Source: Zootoca vivipara (Eukaryota). Taken from it: 64,000 nucleotides of DNA. Position 1 is the first letter of the stretch. Each line of letters opens with the position of its first letter. Of the stretch, positions 37,926 through 51,474 are shown piece after piece. The notes under the pieces were generated by a model, which worked only from the letters and a program-made list of their open reading frames with translations, was not told where the DNA came from and did not search any database. The stretch is taken from assembly GCF_963506605.1 (NCBI RefSeq), contig NC_083284.1:24924001-24988000 (forward strand), in the 5' to 3' direction. Made by a program: the position numbers and the translations under genes.

Positions 37926-38737
37926 TCAAGAAACAGTTGATGTAGAGAAACACAGGGCAATGTGTGATTTGTTTCCTACTTATCTTCACAAGTCTATATG
38001 CAGCACTTGCTTCTCTGGCATGGTTGGGAGAGTTGTGTGGGAGCCTTTCCAAATGAGTGGCGTAAAGTGCACTTAGTGGTTTTCTTTGCTAATGGCAAAA
38101 GATTTAACAAGAAGTTGCATGAAAGTAAGATTTGAAGGGATTTTTTTAAGGAGACGTAAGCCATGCCAAGTAGCTCATAGCATCTCTAAAGAAAGTGATC
38201 TATAAATTCCTTAATTACAGTAATCACCTCTTGAGTTTACCCTTGCTTTTCTTTTTTCCTATACAAAGAAAAAATGACCACAATGCTCAAATCTGTAAAT
38301 ACCATTCAAGTTTTTTTTTTACCATTTCTGTTTGCTGGATTATTTTTTATTTTTGATTAATACAGGCACTCTATGCATGCTGTTTTTAAAAAGAAAAGCC
38401 ATGTTCTTTATCCACCAATTAAGTAGAATCACTTGTCTTATATGTATTAAAATGCTGAATCTGTTAATTTCATGAAGGAAATACTTCTGAACTACCTTGG
38501 AATAGAGGCTTATTAAGATAAGGTACTTAATGGCATTAGACCTGGTTCTTGCAAAGAAGGCACTGTGGTCGGATTCACAATGCATTGCCAACCTTTTGGA
38601 AAAATTACTTCTAATTTCATCATAAATCCCACCTTCCTTTTCATCTATTCATGTTTGATTTTAAAGAGGAATCATTAGGTAATGAGAATATATAAATACA
38701 GATGCAGCTGTAGCTGAGCAAATGCTAACATACCTGC

Positions 38738-38742
<5 letters not shown>

Positions 38743-38784
<42 letters not shown>
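38743..38784. repeat. (CA)n microsatellite
   Basis: Direct observation. Confidence 0.98.
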
Positions 38785-38786
<2 letters not shown>

Positions 38787-39162
38787 ATATATGTACTTCC
38801 TTCAGCTATTGCTTTTTCTAAAAATAAAAAAGATGGCAGTGCCAATGGATGTGAGAAGGTTGGAAAGGTTCTCCTTTCTGTAACAAACCTGGCCTTTTCA
38901 CTGGTCACCCCTAGCTGCAGGTTAAAAGGCACAAGTTTCAATAAGAGCCCTGCTGGATTAGCTCATCAAGTCCACTGTCCTGTTCTCACAGTGGCCAAAC
39001 ACTTGCCTGTGGGAAACTCACAAACAGAACCTGAGCACAAGAACACTCTCTCATCCGTGATTTCCAGCAACCTCTAGTTGTGCAGCCCAGCATTACACTG
39101 CCCAAAGCTGTAAAAAAATTGAAATAAATGAATGAAAATGGAGCAAAAAGACAACTTGTGGA

Positions 39163-39338
39163 TAGTGGCGGATTTAGCTGCATGGGCGCCTGGAATGGTG
39201 GCCATGCCATGCACCGGGGGAGGGGGAAGCTGTGGGGGGCAGGGTGAGCCCCCCATGATGTGCCTTTTTGTCACCCCCCCCTCATGGATGACACCCGGGG
39301 CAGAACGCCCCCACCGCCCCCCCCTTCTTACACCCCTG
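39163..39338. mobile_element. GC-rich hAT-like MITE
   Basis: tagtggcgga...ttacacccctg. TSD cttgtgga/catgtgaa (6/8). Confidence 0.6.
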
Positions 39339-40370
39339 CATGTGAATGTAAACAATTCTATATTGGGTGAGCAGATCATAACATCAGAGTATCAAACCAC
39401 CTGCACCTTTTAAAATTGGGGAGATTGGAAATAGTGTGGTGTGATAACAGAAATGCAAATGGTAACGAACTTTGCGCCATGGCTGTGTTGCAAAGAACAG
39501 CTTTTGTGCCACACGGATTCATTTTTAAACTGCAGAGTGTGTCACCCGGATTTTACAGGGTTACATTATGCAAAGCCAACTTGAAAGTCAACCAATTTCC
39601 TGTTTCAATTCAGATACTCTGTGTGGCTCGATTATTGGAAGCATAGCTATCCAATCCCTGCAAACTAAGAGAAACAGCTGGTTTCCCCCCAAGATCTGTG
39701 AATGTGCCATGAAGCTTTAGACAGCTACAGGTGTCTCTAGACATTTTCAGACGGGAGTTGTCTTCCAAACATGTGAAAACCCCATTTGAAGAGGAAACAA
39801 TAGATGGTATGCACTTAGACTTCCCACCCGCTCTTTGATGGGTGGGAGCTTTTGCAGATTCTGGGAATAATGACTTTCATATGAAATAACATTTGAGTAA
39901 TTATCAAATTATTTGCAGAAACCAGAAAGTGCTGCAAAGTTAAACCAACAAATATATGCAGACAAAAAAACATTTGTATTGTGCCCAACAAATTTTTCCT
40001 TTGCAGTTGACAATGTCTGAATGTGTAAAAATAAACCACCAACCTTCAAAGGAAGGCTGGTTTCAGTTTTTGTGTAGACCAGCAAAATCACGATGTGAGG
40101 GCTAAGTATTTTGTGTCTGTAGGATTGGGTAAGGACATGGGGTGGAAGTATGGAACAGTTTTGATCAGTTTTTGGAACAGCTGGTAAAAAGCTCTCTCTC
40201 GAATGAATGCAATTAATAAGTAATTTAGCAAATGCTTAAAAGAACCCATAATTATTATACAAACTGGGCTGCACGCATTATGGGGTCATACTCATAGGCA
40301 AAATAGGTTGCTTAGCATATTAATTCCAATTGTTAATAGCAATAATATTCAGAATCCACCCCCAAGCAGT

Positions 40371-40373
<3 letters not shown>

Positions 40374-40418
<45 letters not shown>
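40374..40418. repeat. (GT)n microsatellite
   Basis: Direct observation. Confidence 0.98.
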
Positions 40419-40419
<1 letters not shown>

Positions 40420-42670
40420 GTATGATTTGCATTCATTTGGGTAAATTCAAAGTGCACTCCAACCTCCCCCCCCCCCGTATATCTATGAACTGTGCAAAAA
40501 TGATGATCTGGTTCTAATTCTGTAAATGCTTCATGTCAAGTGAGTGGGCAGCACAGATGAACAAAAAGGTGGGCAAGGAATGCAAAATGGAGGTTATCTT
40601 TAATAAAAGGTACAAAATATCCAGTGCTGAAACCTTCATTGGAGGCAAAATAAAACATACAGGGCGTATTCATGCCCCTCGTGTGATTTCATTCTTCCTA
40701 TCACTTGTGTTTGTTCCACTTTCTCCAGACAGTCTCTGACTGGAGTATTACAAATGGCCACAGACAAATTAGACTGGAGATTCCCACAGTCACACCAGAA
40801 GATAGAAATATATAACTGAATTTTTGGTCAGGACTTTGGTAGTAATAATATGTTTTCAAGAAGAGGATTCTGCAGTCAGGATTGGAAAGTACCACTAGCA
40901 TAGTTGCCAACATTCATTAACTGATTTTTTGGTCTCTTTGGCCTGGATTCAACAAACATACTGAGGCGCATGCCCAAAGACTTGGGCATGGTATGATATT
41001 TTTGACTTCTCCATTTCCAAGGCAGCTTACAACTAGCAATGGATGGCTTTTTCTGTGTCAGTCATTTTCGCCCCTGCATACTTTTCAAAAGAATGTGTAA
41101 GAGAAGCGGATGCAGAGTTTATGCATTTTGTTCACATCCTTTCCTTAAAATACATGTTTTTCAAAGTGTTGCAATGCTTTTCAGTGCATTTCACCTCTAA
41201 AGTATGCATTCTGTGAGCATTTTTTTTGTATTTGGGGGACACAAAAGGCACTGCAGAATCCAGAGAAATGTGTAATAGGGATAATCAGAATTGCATTCTG
41301 ATCTGCAAGGAAATTCTCTCTGGATCTTCTGGTCTTGGTTATCATCCTCCTTCCAGCGGCTGCCTGTTCGCCTGTCCTTTACTGACAAGCAATGAAGAGA
41401 GGAAACGCCACTCTGCACTTGCTGTGTGCTCTAGCTCTGTCTCTTTTGTGGTTGTGTGGATTTGATGTAGAGGGAGAGGGAAAATGAGTGGCGGCATCGT
41501 TTTCGAATAGAAGAGACTCCCCCTTGCAAAAATGAGGGTACCATTCCAAGGGTTCCCCAAAACCTGGAGCTAGCACTATCAATAACTAAACTGCAGCTTC
41601 TCCTCACTGTAATAACACACCATGGTTATATAAAACCACAACCAGGCATTTAGCAACAATACATCCATTAAGCAAGTAGGAATGTAATGTTTGCATAAAC
41701 ATTCTTGTGTTTTGGGGTTTATTCTATCCACCTTTTTCTCTCCACACCTTAAAGAGTGTTTAAGTATTTTAAAAGCAGGATTAATTATAATTAAGAGCAA
41801 CATACCTATAAAATAATAAAAAGCTATATACATAGTCACTCCAGAAATATTCCTTGTATTGAGTGAAATAATTATTGGATTATATGGTTACTTTAAAAAA
41901 TCACATCAGTACTCAGAGTTACAAACCCCTGACAGACTTAATCTTTGTTTATATTCTTTTAAGTTGTGGTTTTGATCAGAGAATGGACTGAAAAATAAAA
42001 GAATTTTAGTATGTACAGATTTCCCCCTGGAATATTTTGCAGAGCGCATTCAATTTAAGCAGAGCTAACTATTTTTAACTGCTACCAAATTGGATTCATG
42101 TCAGTGTTTGCAAACTAGGTTTTGCTCTCTGTGGCTTTATATAGTAAATACATCACAACTAATCATGGTCAAGTATTAAAATTACGGTATCCAAAATTAC
42201 AAGAGACTTTTATTGACGGTTCATGAAACTGTTTAGAACTTGGCATGCTCTGGGTCAACAGTGCTGACATGACTAAAAAGTCTGATTTTGTTATTAAAAT
42301 AAGATGTTTGGAAGAGACAGGCAGTGCTCCTCATCTCAACTGATGGCCAAAGATGAGTTACAGATTGAATTATTTTGTACATTCAAATCTAGAGGGAGGT
42401 GACCAGGAAATAGGAGATCTGCTTGTGAAATTTACTGTGACTCCTTTGGAAGCCTGAAAGATGATAATTGCACTTGATAGAAAAGCAGACTGTAAAACAG
42501 AGAAAACATTTGCTAGCAAAATACAGAATGAATCTTGCTTATGCAGAGAGATATTTGAATGCTACTAGGAATTCCCCATCCAAATCTGACCATAGTTGAA
42601 GTGTATGATTAGAGACTCTGACACAATTATGGCTGGTCCAATGGTTGTTTATACAGTAGTCCTAACTCTG

Positions 42671-42888
42671 CAGTGGCTGGTGCCATTTGGGACCGTTGGG
42701 CATGGACCCCCCCAACAGTTGGTCGAATGACATGTGGAGCCAACTAAGTACAGGTGTGTCCTCACTGCAAAGGCAGCAGGAGGAAGGTGCCATGCCCTGT
42801 AAGAAGGCAGGTGGGTAGGGGCTGCATGAGGGCAGCCTGAAGTTGGTAGGGCAGTGCCCCACTGGCCCTAACAGATGAGCCCCCACTG
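42671..42888. mobile_element. CAGTGG-ended MITE (hAT-like)
   Basis: cagtggctggtgccattt...agatgagcccccactg. No clear TSD. Confidence 0.45.
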
Positions 42889-42936
42889 CTCGAACTCCCG
42901 CTGCAACCCCATGCCCCTCGCTTCTGGGACTCTCAC

Positions 42937-44659
42937 TAGGGTAGACACAAGATATTTTGTTGCCTGAGGTGAAAGGCAGGGTGGTGCCTCCCTCTATTTC
43001 ATGTACAGAAGCTGGCCATACTGGCAGCTGGATTTCATTTCAACCCTGGCTACTATGAAACCACTTAATGCCACCCCCAGTGCCACAGTGGCCCATCAGT
43101 GAATAGGAGGAACTGCTAGTTTCTTCCCACCCCTAGTGAGGAAATGGTAAGTGCTGTCCTTTGGGGTCTCCTGGGGTCTGCAGAGGAGGCCCCTTTGTGC
43201 CTGTGGTGGCCTTTGATTCCCAGTTCAACCACCAGGTAAGGTTGATATGATTCTTCCCCCTGTTCCCTTTGTAGCTCTTCATTTCCCTCTTGTTCCCTAT
43301 GTAGATATTCACTTTCTTCTTTCCTGGTGGGAGGAGGGCACCATTTAGTGGTTCACTGGAAGAAGCGGACAATTTGGATCCCTTCAGGCCTCATCATGGG
43401 ACTGAAACTGCCTTGGTCACACTGGTTGATGATCTCCGGCGGGCTAGGGACAAAGGTGAGAGCTGTTTCCTAGTCCTGCTGGATCTCTCAGCGGCTTTTG
43501 ACACCATCGACCACCTGGGCCATGTTCAGAAAGTGGTGGTGGGGGATGAGTGTTCAGACCCCTGGGCTCTCACTTGTGGGGTGCCTCAGGGTTCTGTCCT
43601 CTCCCCCATGCTTTTTAACATCTACATGCAATTGCTGGGAGAGATCATCAGGGGGTTTGGGCTGGGTGTTCATCAGTATGCAGATGACACCCAGCTCTAC
43701 CTCTCTTTCAAATCAGAACCAGTGAGGGCAGTGAATGTCCTGTGTGAGTGCCTGGAGGCGGTTGGAGGATGGATGGCGGTTAACAATTGAGGTTGAATCC
43801 TGACAAGACAGAAGTACTGTTTGTGGGGGACAGGAGGCGGGCAGGTGCGGAGGACTCCCTGAATGGGGTCACTTTGCCCCTGAAGGACCAGGTGCACAGC
43901 CTGGGAGTCATTTTGGACTCACAGCTGTCCATGGAGGTGCAGGTCAATTCTGTGTCCAGGGCAGCTGTCTATCAGCTCCATCTGGTACGCAGGCTGAGAC
44001 CCTACCTGCCTGCAGACTGTCTCGCCAGAGTGGTGCATACTCTAGTTATCTCTTGCTTATACTACTGCAATGCGCTCTACGTGGGGCTACCTTTGAAGGT
44101 GACTCGGAAACTACAACTAATCCAGAATGCGGCAGCTAGACTGGTGACTGGGAGCGGCCGCCGAGACCACATAACACCAGTCTTGAAAGATCTACATTGG
44201 CTCCCAGTACGCTTCCGAGCACAGTTCAAAGTGTTGGTGCTGACCTTTAAAGCCCTAAATGGCCTCGGTCCTGTATACCTGAATGAGCGTCTCCACCCCC
44301 ATCATTCTGCCCAGACACTGAGATCCAGCACCGAGGGCCTTCTGGCGGTTCCCTCATTGTGAGAAGCCAAGTTGCAGGGAACTAGACAGAGGGCCTTCTC
44401 GGTAGTGGCGCCCGCCCTGTGGAACACCCTCTCATCAGATGTCAAAGAGAAAAACAACTACCAGACTTTCAGAAGACATCTGAAGGCAGCCCTGTTTAGG
44501 GAGGCTTTTAATGTTTAACAGATCACTGTGTTTTATTTTTCTGTTGGAAGCCGCCCAGAGTGGCTGGGGAAACCCAGCCAGATAGGCAGGGTATAAATAA
44601 TAAATTATTATTATTATTATTTATTCACTCAGGGGCCAAAATGTCTTGGGCTGGCCCTG
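42937..44659. mobile_element. CAGGGCCGGCCC-type MITE split by the L2 insertion
   Basis: Left arm taggg...caagatattttgttgcctgaggtgaa. Right arm ttcactcaggggccaaaatgtcttgggctggccctg follows the L2 tail. Confidence 0.6.
43358..44623 (+). mobile_element. 5'-truncated L2 LINE with RT domain (pseudogenised)
   Basis: LLDLSAAFDTIDH, GVPQGSVLSPMLFNIYM, YADDTQLY, QNAAARL, HITPVLKDLHWLPV. (TTA)n tail. 6-bp TSD ttcact at 43352-43357 and 44624-44629. 1-bp frameshift at ~43785 plus in-frame deletions. Confidence 0.95.
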
Positions 44660-45347
44660 TCTGAGGGGAATAGGGGTCTCCTAACAACCCTTTAAAAACT
44701 CCAGAATTGTTTGGGAGAAGCCATAGCTGTTTAAAGTAGTGTCACACCACTTTAAATGTATGGTGTGAATGTGGCCTAAGAATCCAAGTCAGACTACTTA
44801 GTCCTTACTGTCTGTCTTCCTTTTCTCTTGCTTAGACTAGGTTCCCTATGCATTTGCAATTTTGTCATTGTCAGATACTTCATGCAATCATGGCAAGCGT
44901 TGTATCTTGCGCTTGGCTGAAAGAACCTTAATGACCTGGGCACAGATGATTTGCGTTACAGCCCAAGACAAAACACCAGGGAGCCCCGTGTAAACACAAT
45001 AGTCCTTCGTCACATCAGCTAATTTTTTAAATGCTTCCTGTTGGCTGGGGTTTCCGGTTCAAATTGTATTACATTTTGCTGACCCAGAAACAGCATGGGC
45101 CAGCGGGATCCCTTTAAACCAATTAGCCGTCATGCTGGGAGGGCACAGTGTGTGTGTATATAACTCTTGTGCTGTTTCGGATTGTGATTTGGGCCGTTTA
45201 GATTCAGGTTATGAGGGGGCGCTTTCTGCAAATCCTAATAGACTGCAGTGGATGGGATTATTTAACATTTTTGTTCAAACTCTGCAATGCAAATGATGTC
45301 AAAGTCCCAGATGCGCTTGAAAATGAGTCTTATGTGGTTAGAACTTT

Positions 45348-45595
45348 TTTTTTAATTAATAATTATATTTTATTTCAGAATTTTTAAAATTACATATTAA
45401 AAGAACAAGAAAGAAATAAATACAGAGAAAAAAACCCAACAAAAAGCCACAAAATGAAAAAGGAAAAAAAAGAGAGGGGGGATTCAATACTCCCTCCTTC
45501 ACGAATTTACATAAATCATAACTTGTTCTGATCATGCGTACAGAGCCAATACTTCCACACATACAAAAATATACTAATCAAATCATAATAACCAA

Positions 45596-45649
<54 letters not shown>

Positions 45650-45902
45650 CTGTATGTATATATATATACTAAATCAAAGTTCCAAACGTAATTCATACAG
45701 CAATTATTAAACATAATTTATAAGGCATAAACACAAAACGAAAAGAGTAATAAAAAATACCAGCAAAAATAATAATACAAAAGATAAGAATGCAAATAAA
45801 AAAAAAGGTGAAAAAAAAGAAAAGAAAAAAGAAAAATGTAGAAGTACTTCCGATTGTCTGTCCACTGTTGTCTTACAGTATACTCTTCCTCTTACTTGTT
45901 AC
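45348..45902 (-). mobile_element. 5'-truncated L1-type retrotransposed insertion (3' UTR only) containing a (TA)n microsatellite at ~45598-45646
   Basis: Perfect 16-bp TSD atgtggttagaacttt at 45332-45347 and 45903-45918. The minus-strand target reads TT|AAAG (L1 endonuclease-like). AATAAA and an A-rich tail at the minus-strand 3' end. Confidence 0.78.
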
Positions 45903-47520
45903 ATGTGGTTAGAACTTTAATTCTGCACTTTCTACCTCTGTCCTGAGCCTAGAAGCTGGTCTACTGAACAGATGCAGGTTTCAATTAAAGAGCTCTATAA
46001 CATAGGGGTGTTTTTTGTAATGGATTGAAGTTGCATTGTTGAAAGCACAAAAGAAACACATTGGGGGAAAACTAAGAAACACAGCTTCAAAGAATTGACA
46101 GTTGAAGAATATTAATAGCGTTAATGTAGCCCATGAGGAAAGAAGTTGGCAAGCAGTATCTAGGAAGACAGCGAAGCAGAAGCTAGATTTTGGGGGAAGG
46201 AAACATGGATGGAAGAAAAGAGTCTAAAAAGGACAAACAGTGCTTGAGACACACTGGCAAGCAATTACCACCAAGACTTGCTTGTTACGTTACCAGATGC
46301 ATCTAAGTGGCCTTTGCTAGAAAGTTGGGCTACTAGATGTTCCTTTGGTCTGATTCAGTAAGGCAGTTTCTAAGGTCTCATGAAATATACCGGAAACAGA
46401 CGGCAATGATTAAGTTACAAATGTTGCAGATTTTAATTGCTAAATGCTATATATGAATGCTGTGAACTGCATGCCAAAGAAACACTTGAATATTAGCCAG
46501 TAAAAGATCCAACCCTTTGAGACGTGACAAAGGCAAATATGCAGAGGGAAGAAGGCACAAAACTGGTGCTACAATAAGGATCATCTCATTCTTTGCGTTC
46601 CACCTCGATCACAAAGATCTCCTGATGTGGCACTTCCATTGGTCCCCCATGCTCCAGAGTTCAGCTGCACTGGCCATTGCAAGGCACTGAGCCTTTAGTG
46701 TTGCAGCATCTGTGGAACTCCCTGACAGATGGTTGCCAGGAAACAACCCCTCCCTTCATCCAGACATATTCTGAAAACTTTGTAGCATCATTTTTCTTTT
46801 TTAACCAATAGCTTGGATGTGCCCTTATTTTAACATAGCCGGTCCTGAAATAAGTTATGCTGGAGCAGGGACATATTGTGGGGGTGCCTGGAGTGTGGTG
46901 GCCCTGGGCAGATTTTCTGAGGGGGTGTGAAGCAGGCATCCCCAGCAGAGACACTGAAAACGGGGAAGGGGTGGTATGTTCCTTCTAAAATTGACAAAAT
47001 GTGGTTGCTCAGTTGCAAAGACTCATAGAAACAGAACAGAAGAAGAGGATATCTTCTGAAAACAGCCCACAATGACTATCGTCGGAAAATACAAAATTGC
47101 ATTTTGGGTGAAAATCTGTTTAAAAGATTGACTGCTGGACTCCCCTGCCAATTAAAATTAAAAATGAAAACCTTTGGTTTCAGCTCCCCCTGCCCACCAT
47201 GATTCCCTATAGCTGAACTGTTTAGAGACTATTTCATCTTCCTGACCTGTCTGGAAAAATGGTTAGAATGAAGGCATGCCATTTTCCCTCTCTTAAAATA
47301 TGATGCAGCTATTTCTATATGCCATGGCTGAGATCCAAAGACCTACTTTTGGCACCAAGAAATCAGGCGTGCATGTCTAGTGATGGAAGCGTAACTTGAA
47401 CACCAGAGCCCTGGGCTAGAGCACAGGCTGATTCTGAGTCTCTCAGTTTCAAAAGCAGTTTGCCAAGGGGCAGGTGGAGAAGACTCTTGTTTCTTTGGTT
47501 GGATGCATCTAACAAGCTGT

Positions 47521-47940
47521 TAGGCAAGGGGGAGAAGTCTGATTCACTGTGCACTTCCCGAAACGATACAGGAACCGGCATATAGCCATCCTTTGAAATG
47601 TGAACATCTGCAAATTTCATGATGTTCTTCTACTAATCATTGTTTCCAGAAATGCATATATTAGGGGGAAGTGTGCATAAACATGAATATGTTAATGAAA
47701 ACAACATACAAAAATAGCTTACCTTGTGGGGGAGGGATTGCTTTGCAGAAATGGGTATTGCATTAAATACCCATTATTTCACATTAAATAATGTGAAAAT
47801 TGCATTAAAATATGCATATGAGGAAAAATTCACTCCAAACTACTGGCAAATTTTCATAAGCATCCCTGACGTTCAAATCTCAAATTGCTGCAGAAATGTG
47901 GAAAACTAAATTTAAGATTGGAAAAATGAGGAACTGAGGG
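47521..47940 (+). mobile_element. TAGGGATG-type MITE copy
   Basis: Homologous to 55681-56191. Confidence 0.65.
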
Positions 47941-48062
47941 TGAGGTTACCTTATCAGCCCCGATTAGTGGCAGTCCTGCATAAGAGCTTTCCTTTTGCAC
48001 AATGGAGGCTTCCCCCTCTCCTCATCCCACAGAGGCCTGCACTCCCTGCAAATGGCTTAGGG

Positions 48063-48198
48063 CAGACACCCCCAAACTTCAGCCCTCCAGATGTTTTGAA
48101 CTACAATTACAATCTTCCCTGACCACTGGTCCTGTTAGCTAGGGATCATGGGAGTTGTAGGCCTAAACATCTGGAGGGCCGCAGTTTGGGGATGCCTG
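48063..48198. mobile_element. ~136-bp palindromic hAT MITE (same family as 588-723)
   Basis: cagacacccccaaact...agtttggggatgcctg. TSD gcttaggg/gcataggg. Confidence 0.88.
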
Positions 48199-51127
48199 GC
48201 ATAGGGTATGTATGTTGGGGAAATCCCCAAAACAGCACTTTGGTGATGGGTGGGAGGAGAAGGGATTGTTCTATCTGGAAAGCTGAAATGCTTGCACAGA
48301 TGAAACATTTTATCATTGTACAATGTGGAATTCCAGCCTAAGAGAATTGAAGATGACTGATCCCTGCAAGTTACACAGTTCTTTTCATTCTTGCCTATGT
48401 ATTTTATGAGATCCATAGACCCCAGGCTTCAGCATAAAATAGGCACCTTATATGTTAGTGAATCATTTTCTAGCAATTGTGAAAAGCTGCAACAGGGAAT
48501 AATGGCTTAGATCCTAAGATAGGCAAGCAGCAGGAAGTTCATGGAAGGAGAGTGAACTCTTGCAGTTTCATGCATCCCTGGGAAGCCTTCCTGAGCTCTT
48601 TGGATGAATCTGGCTCTCTTGTATTTTTCTTGAAATGCAGATGAATAAAAACATGGAGAGTCATAGCCGCTAATATGTCTAACAGCAGTGGCAGCAGCCC
48701 AAAACATGTCATTTCTTCACTGAAATTGTTAATACATTCAGTGGATTATCTGAAAATAAGTGACACAATACTGCTAGAAACCCAAACAACACTTATTTCA
48801 TTATAACAAAATTTATGCCATGTGATCTGCAGTGGAGGATGCCACACACTGAAAGCTTTTCAGAGATTTCCCTAACTTTTACTGTTGCGTTGAAGCTCAA
48901 TGTGAATGCCAACTACTTTATAGGACTTGCTTCCACCACTGACAGTTTATATATGCCCGTCCAACTGTGTTCAATGTACAACGCTGGACATCCTTGCTCA
49001 GAGATACATGACGATTTGTCTCCCCCCCATCTCTTAAATGCACCTCTGATGCAGGGGCAGAGGAAGGGCCACGCATCTCTTCTGGGAGTGATTCAATGGC
49101 TTGGGCGCCCGCAGGCTCCACACTGCCCCAAACTGTCTGTCCACCTCCTCCCCCTAAGCTGTAGGGCGTCTGAGTGGGAGGAGGCAGGCAAACTCATTGG
49201 AGGCCCTGTGGAGCATCCTGCCTGCCTGCCTGGCCCCGCCCCCACCCCTGCCCCCACGGGCAGCTGGTGCCCCACCTCTGGGCGACGGGCATGCGCCCCA
49301 CCCCAAACACTTGATCACCTTACTCCACCATTGCTCTGATGCTGAGTGGGGCATAGCAACAATGGAAGTTGAGAGGCTGTCACATTATGAAGAAGACTCC
49401 TCTGACCATGAAGCCTTGGATACCAGAGATCTCCTCGGCTGCCTTGGCTTGAAAAGGTTAGACAAGAACTGATGTCAAAATGAGAAGAAGGGGAGCATTC
49501 CAATTGTTTGTCACAACTTGATGAAAGAAACAACTCGTACAGCACCCTCCCATGTTGTTCACAAGAATATGCTTTGAATGTAGCCCCTAAAAGGCTTTGC
49601 CACACCAGGCATCCTGGGTGGAAAGGAAGGAACATACCATAACTTAGTATCGTTGAATGAAACTGAAGGAAACAGCTTCTGAGAAGCAGTGGCAGGAGGG
49701 CTAGGAGGGAGGAAGGAAGAGAGGTGCCCAGGGCTTCAATCAAAAAGCACCACAGCTGTTAAGCTGCCTCCATCATTGTTGCAAACCTAGGCTACTCTGA
49801 TGTCATCATAATCTGCTCTAAGGCACTGAGGCCTCCTCCATTTGCCTGAAGTGGCATGCCTCTGTGGTAACCGTGGCGCATACTTGTGTTTGTGTGTGCA
49901 TGTGTATGGAGTGCTATTTGTGGGGGTGCATTGCCAGAGGACTGGGCTATTAGAGAGTTGTTGATGGGGAAATCCTTATTCTGCCTTTTCTGATTTAACC
50001 ATATATGCATAGCAAAGGATTCTGCTATGAAAGCTAATGGGTATAAAAGGGTGGGGGGAAGAGGGAAGAAAGCCTCTTATTTACATCTGTTCAGCATAGT
50101 GATGCAGATTGCAATTAATTAAGAAGTTTCTGGTGTGGTAAGAATAATCATACAGCTGGTATGCAAACACAGGACTTCCAAAGAGAATTTTATTCCAGAT
50201 GGCTTTGCCCGCCCCAACAAACAAAGAATTAATTGCAACTTTAAAGAAGGCTTGTGTATGTCTGTATAAAAATAAAAAAAGTTTTCACTCACTACTGAGG
50301 AATTTGAAATGATTTCAATTTAACAATTTCTGTCTCTGCATCATTCGAGTTTGAGAGAGTGCTTTGATCAGGCCTCTGCGTTATTTAATTTATTAGAGCG
50401 AAGGGAAGAGGCTAACCTTCAGATGTCTTCTGTGGTAAAACACTTTTTGTTAAAAATGTTAAATGTTTGCAGACTAAAGAGCATGTTTGGCTGGGAGGAC
50501 CTAAAAAATGAATAAACAAAATGGGACATGCTTGATTTTGTTATTTATCCCCTAGTTAAAGGAAACCACAAGAAAAGTTAATATAAATCGTGCTTTATGA
50601 TGTCTTATTCAAAATGCAGGCCTAGATTTTCTGTAGCTAACCTCAGTGTGGTGGTATTTTGCCATATCATACATAATGGCAGTAGATATTTAGCTGGCTT
50701 TAGGGCTGTCAGTACAGCAATTTTGTTAAATCCTTGTAGCTTCTTAATATATACAATGCAAATCCTGTAAAGGACACTTGTATATCCCTGGTGACATATG
50801 ACATAGATTTTTCTATTCTGGAACACATCTGACAGCTACAATGACTGAAGGCTTGCTTGTGGATTAAGCATATTCCACAACACTGGATACAATTTTGTTT
50901 TAAATTTTGTATATATTTAACTATATGCACACGTAAGAAAACAACAAGGAGGGACTTCCCCTCTCCCTCCCCAAAAAACACAGATAAAAATTTAAGGTTT
51001 GCATGTAGCTCTGAAGAAAGCATCGAAAGAAGAAGAAAATGCCAGACGTTTTGTCTGTTACTCTGCAACAGGCATGTTTATTGATGGTACAGTATCCATC
51101 TGTCATCATCACCACAACTATCCAATA

Positions 51128-51474
51128 CAGTGGTACCTCTGTTTATGAACACAATTGGTTCTGGATGTCTGTTCATAAACTGAAACGTTCATAAACTGAA
51201 GCGAACTTTCCCGTTGAAAGTAATGGAAAGTGGATTAATCCGTTCCAGATGGGTCCGCGGAGTACTCAACCTGAAGCGTACTTAACCTGAAGCGTACTTA
51301 AGCATGGGTGTAATTGGTTCTGGAAGTCTGTTCATAAACTGAAGCGTTCATAAACTGAAGCGAACTTTCCCGTTGAAAGTAATGGAAAGTGAATTAATCC
51401 GTTCCAGATGGGTCCACGGCGTTCGTAAGCCGAAAATTCATAAACCGAGGTGTTCATAAACCGAGGTTCCACTG
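51128..51474. mobile_element. Tigger/pogo-type MITE (Tc1-mariner superfamily) with internal 108-bp duplication
   Basis: TA|cagtggtacctc ... gaggttccactg|TA. 51153-51260 is repeated at 51312-51419. Confidence 0.88.

Noticed and set aside
48815-49743. Cluster of 140-174 aa ORFs
   Set aside because: Low-complexity GC-rich repeat-like sequence with no domain motifs or splice structure.
51128-51474. CRISPR-like spaced repeats
   Set aside because: Eukaryotic DNA; the repeats lie inside a TA-flanked TIR element and have no unique spacers.
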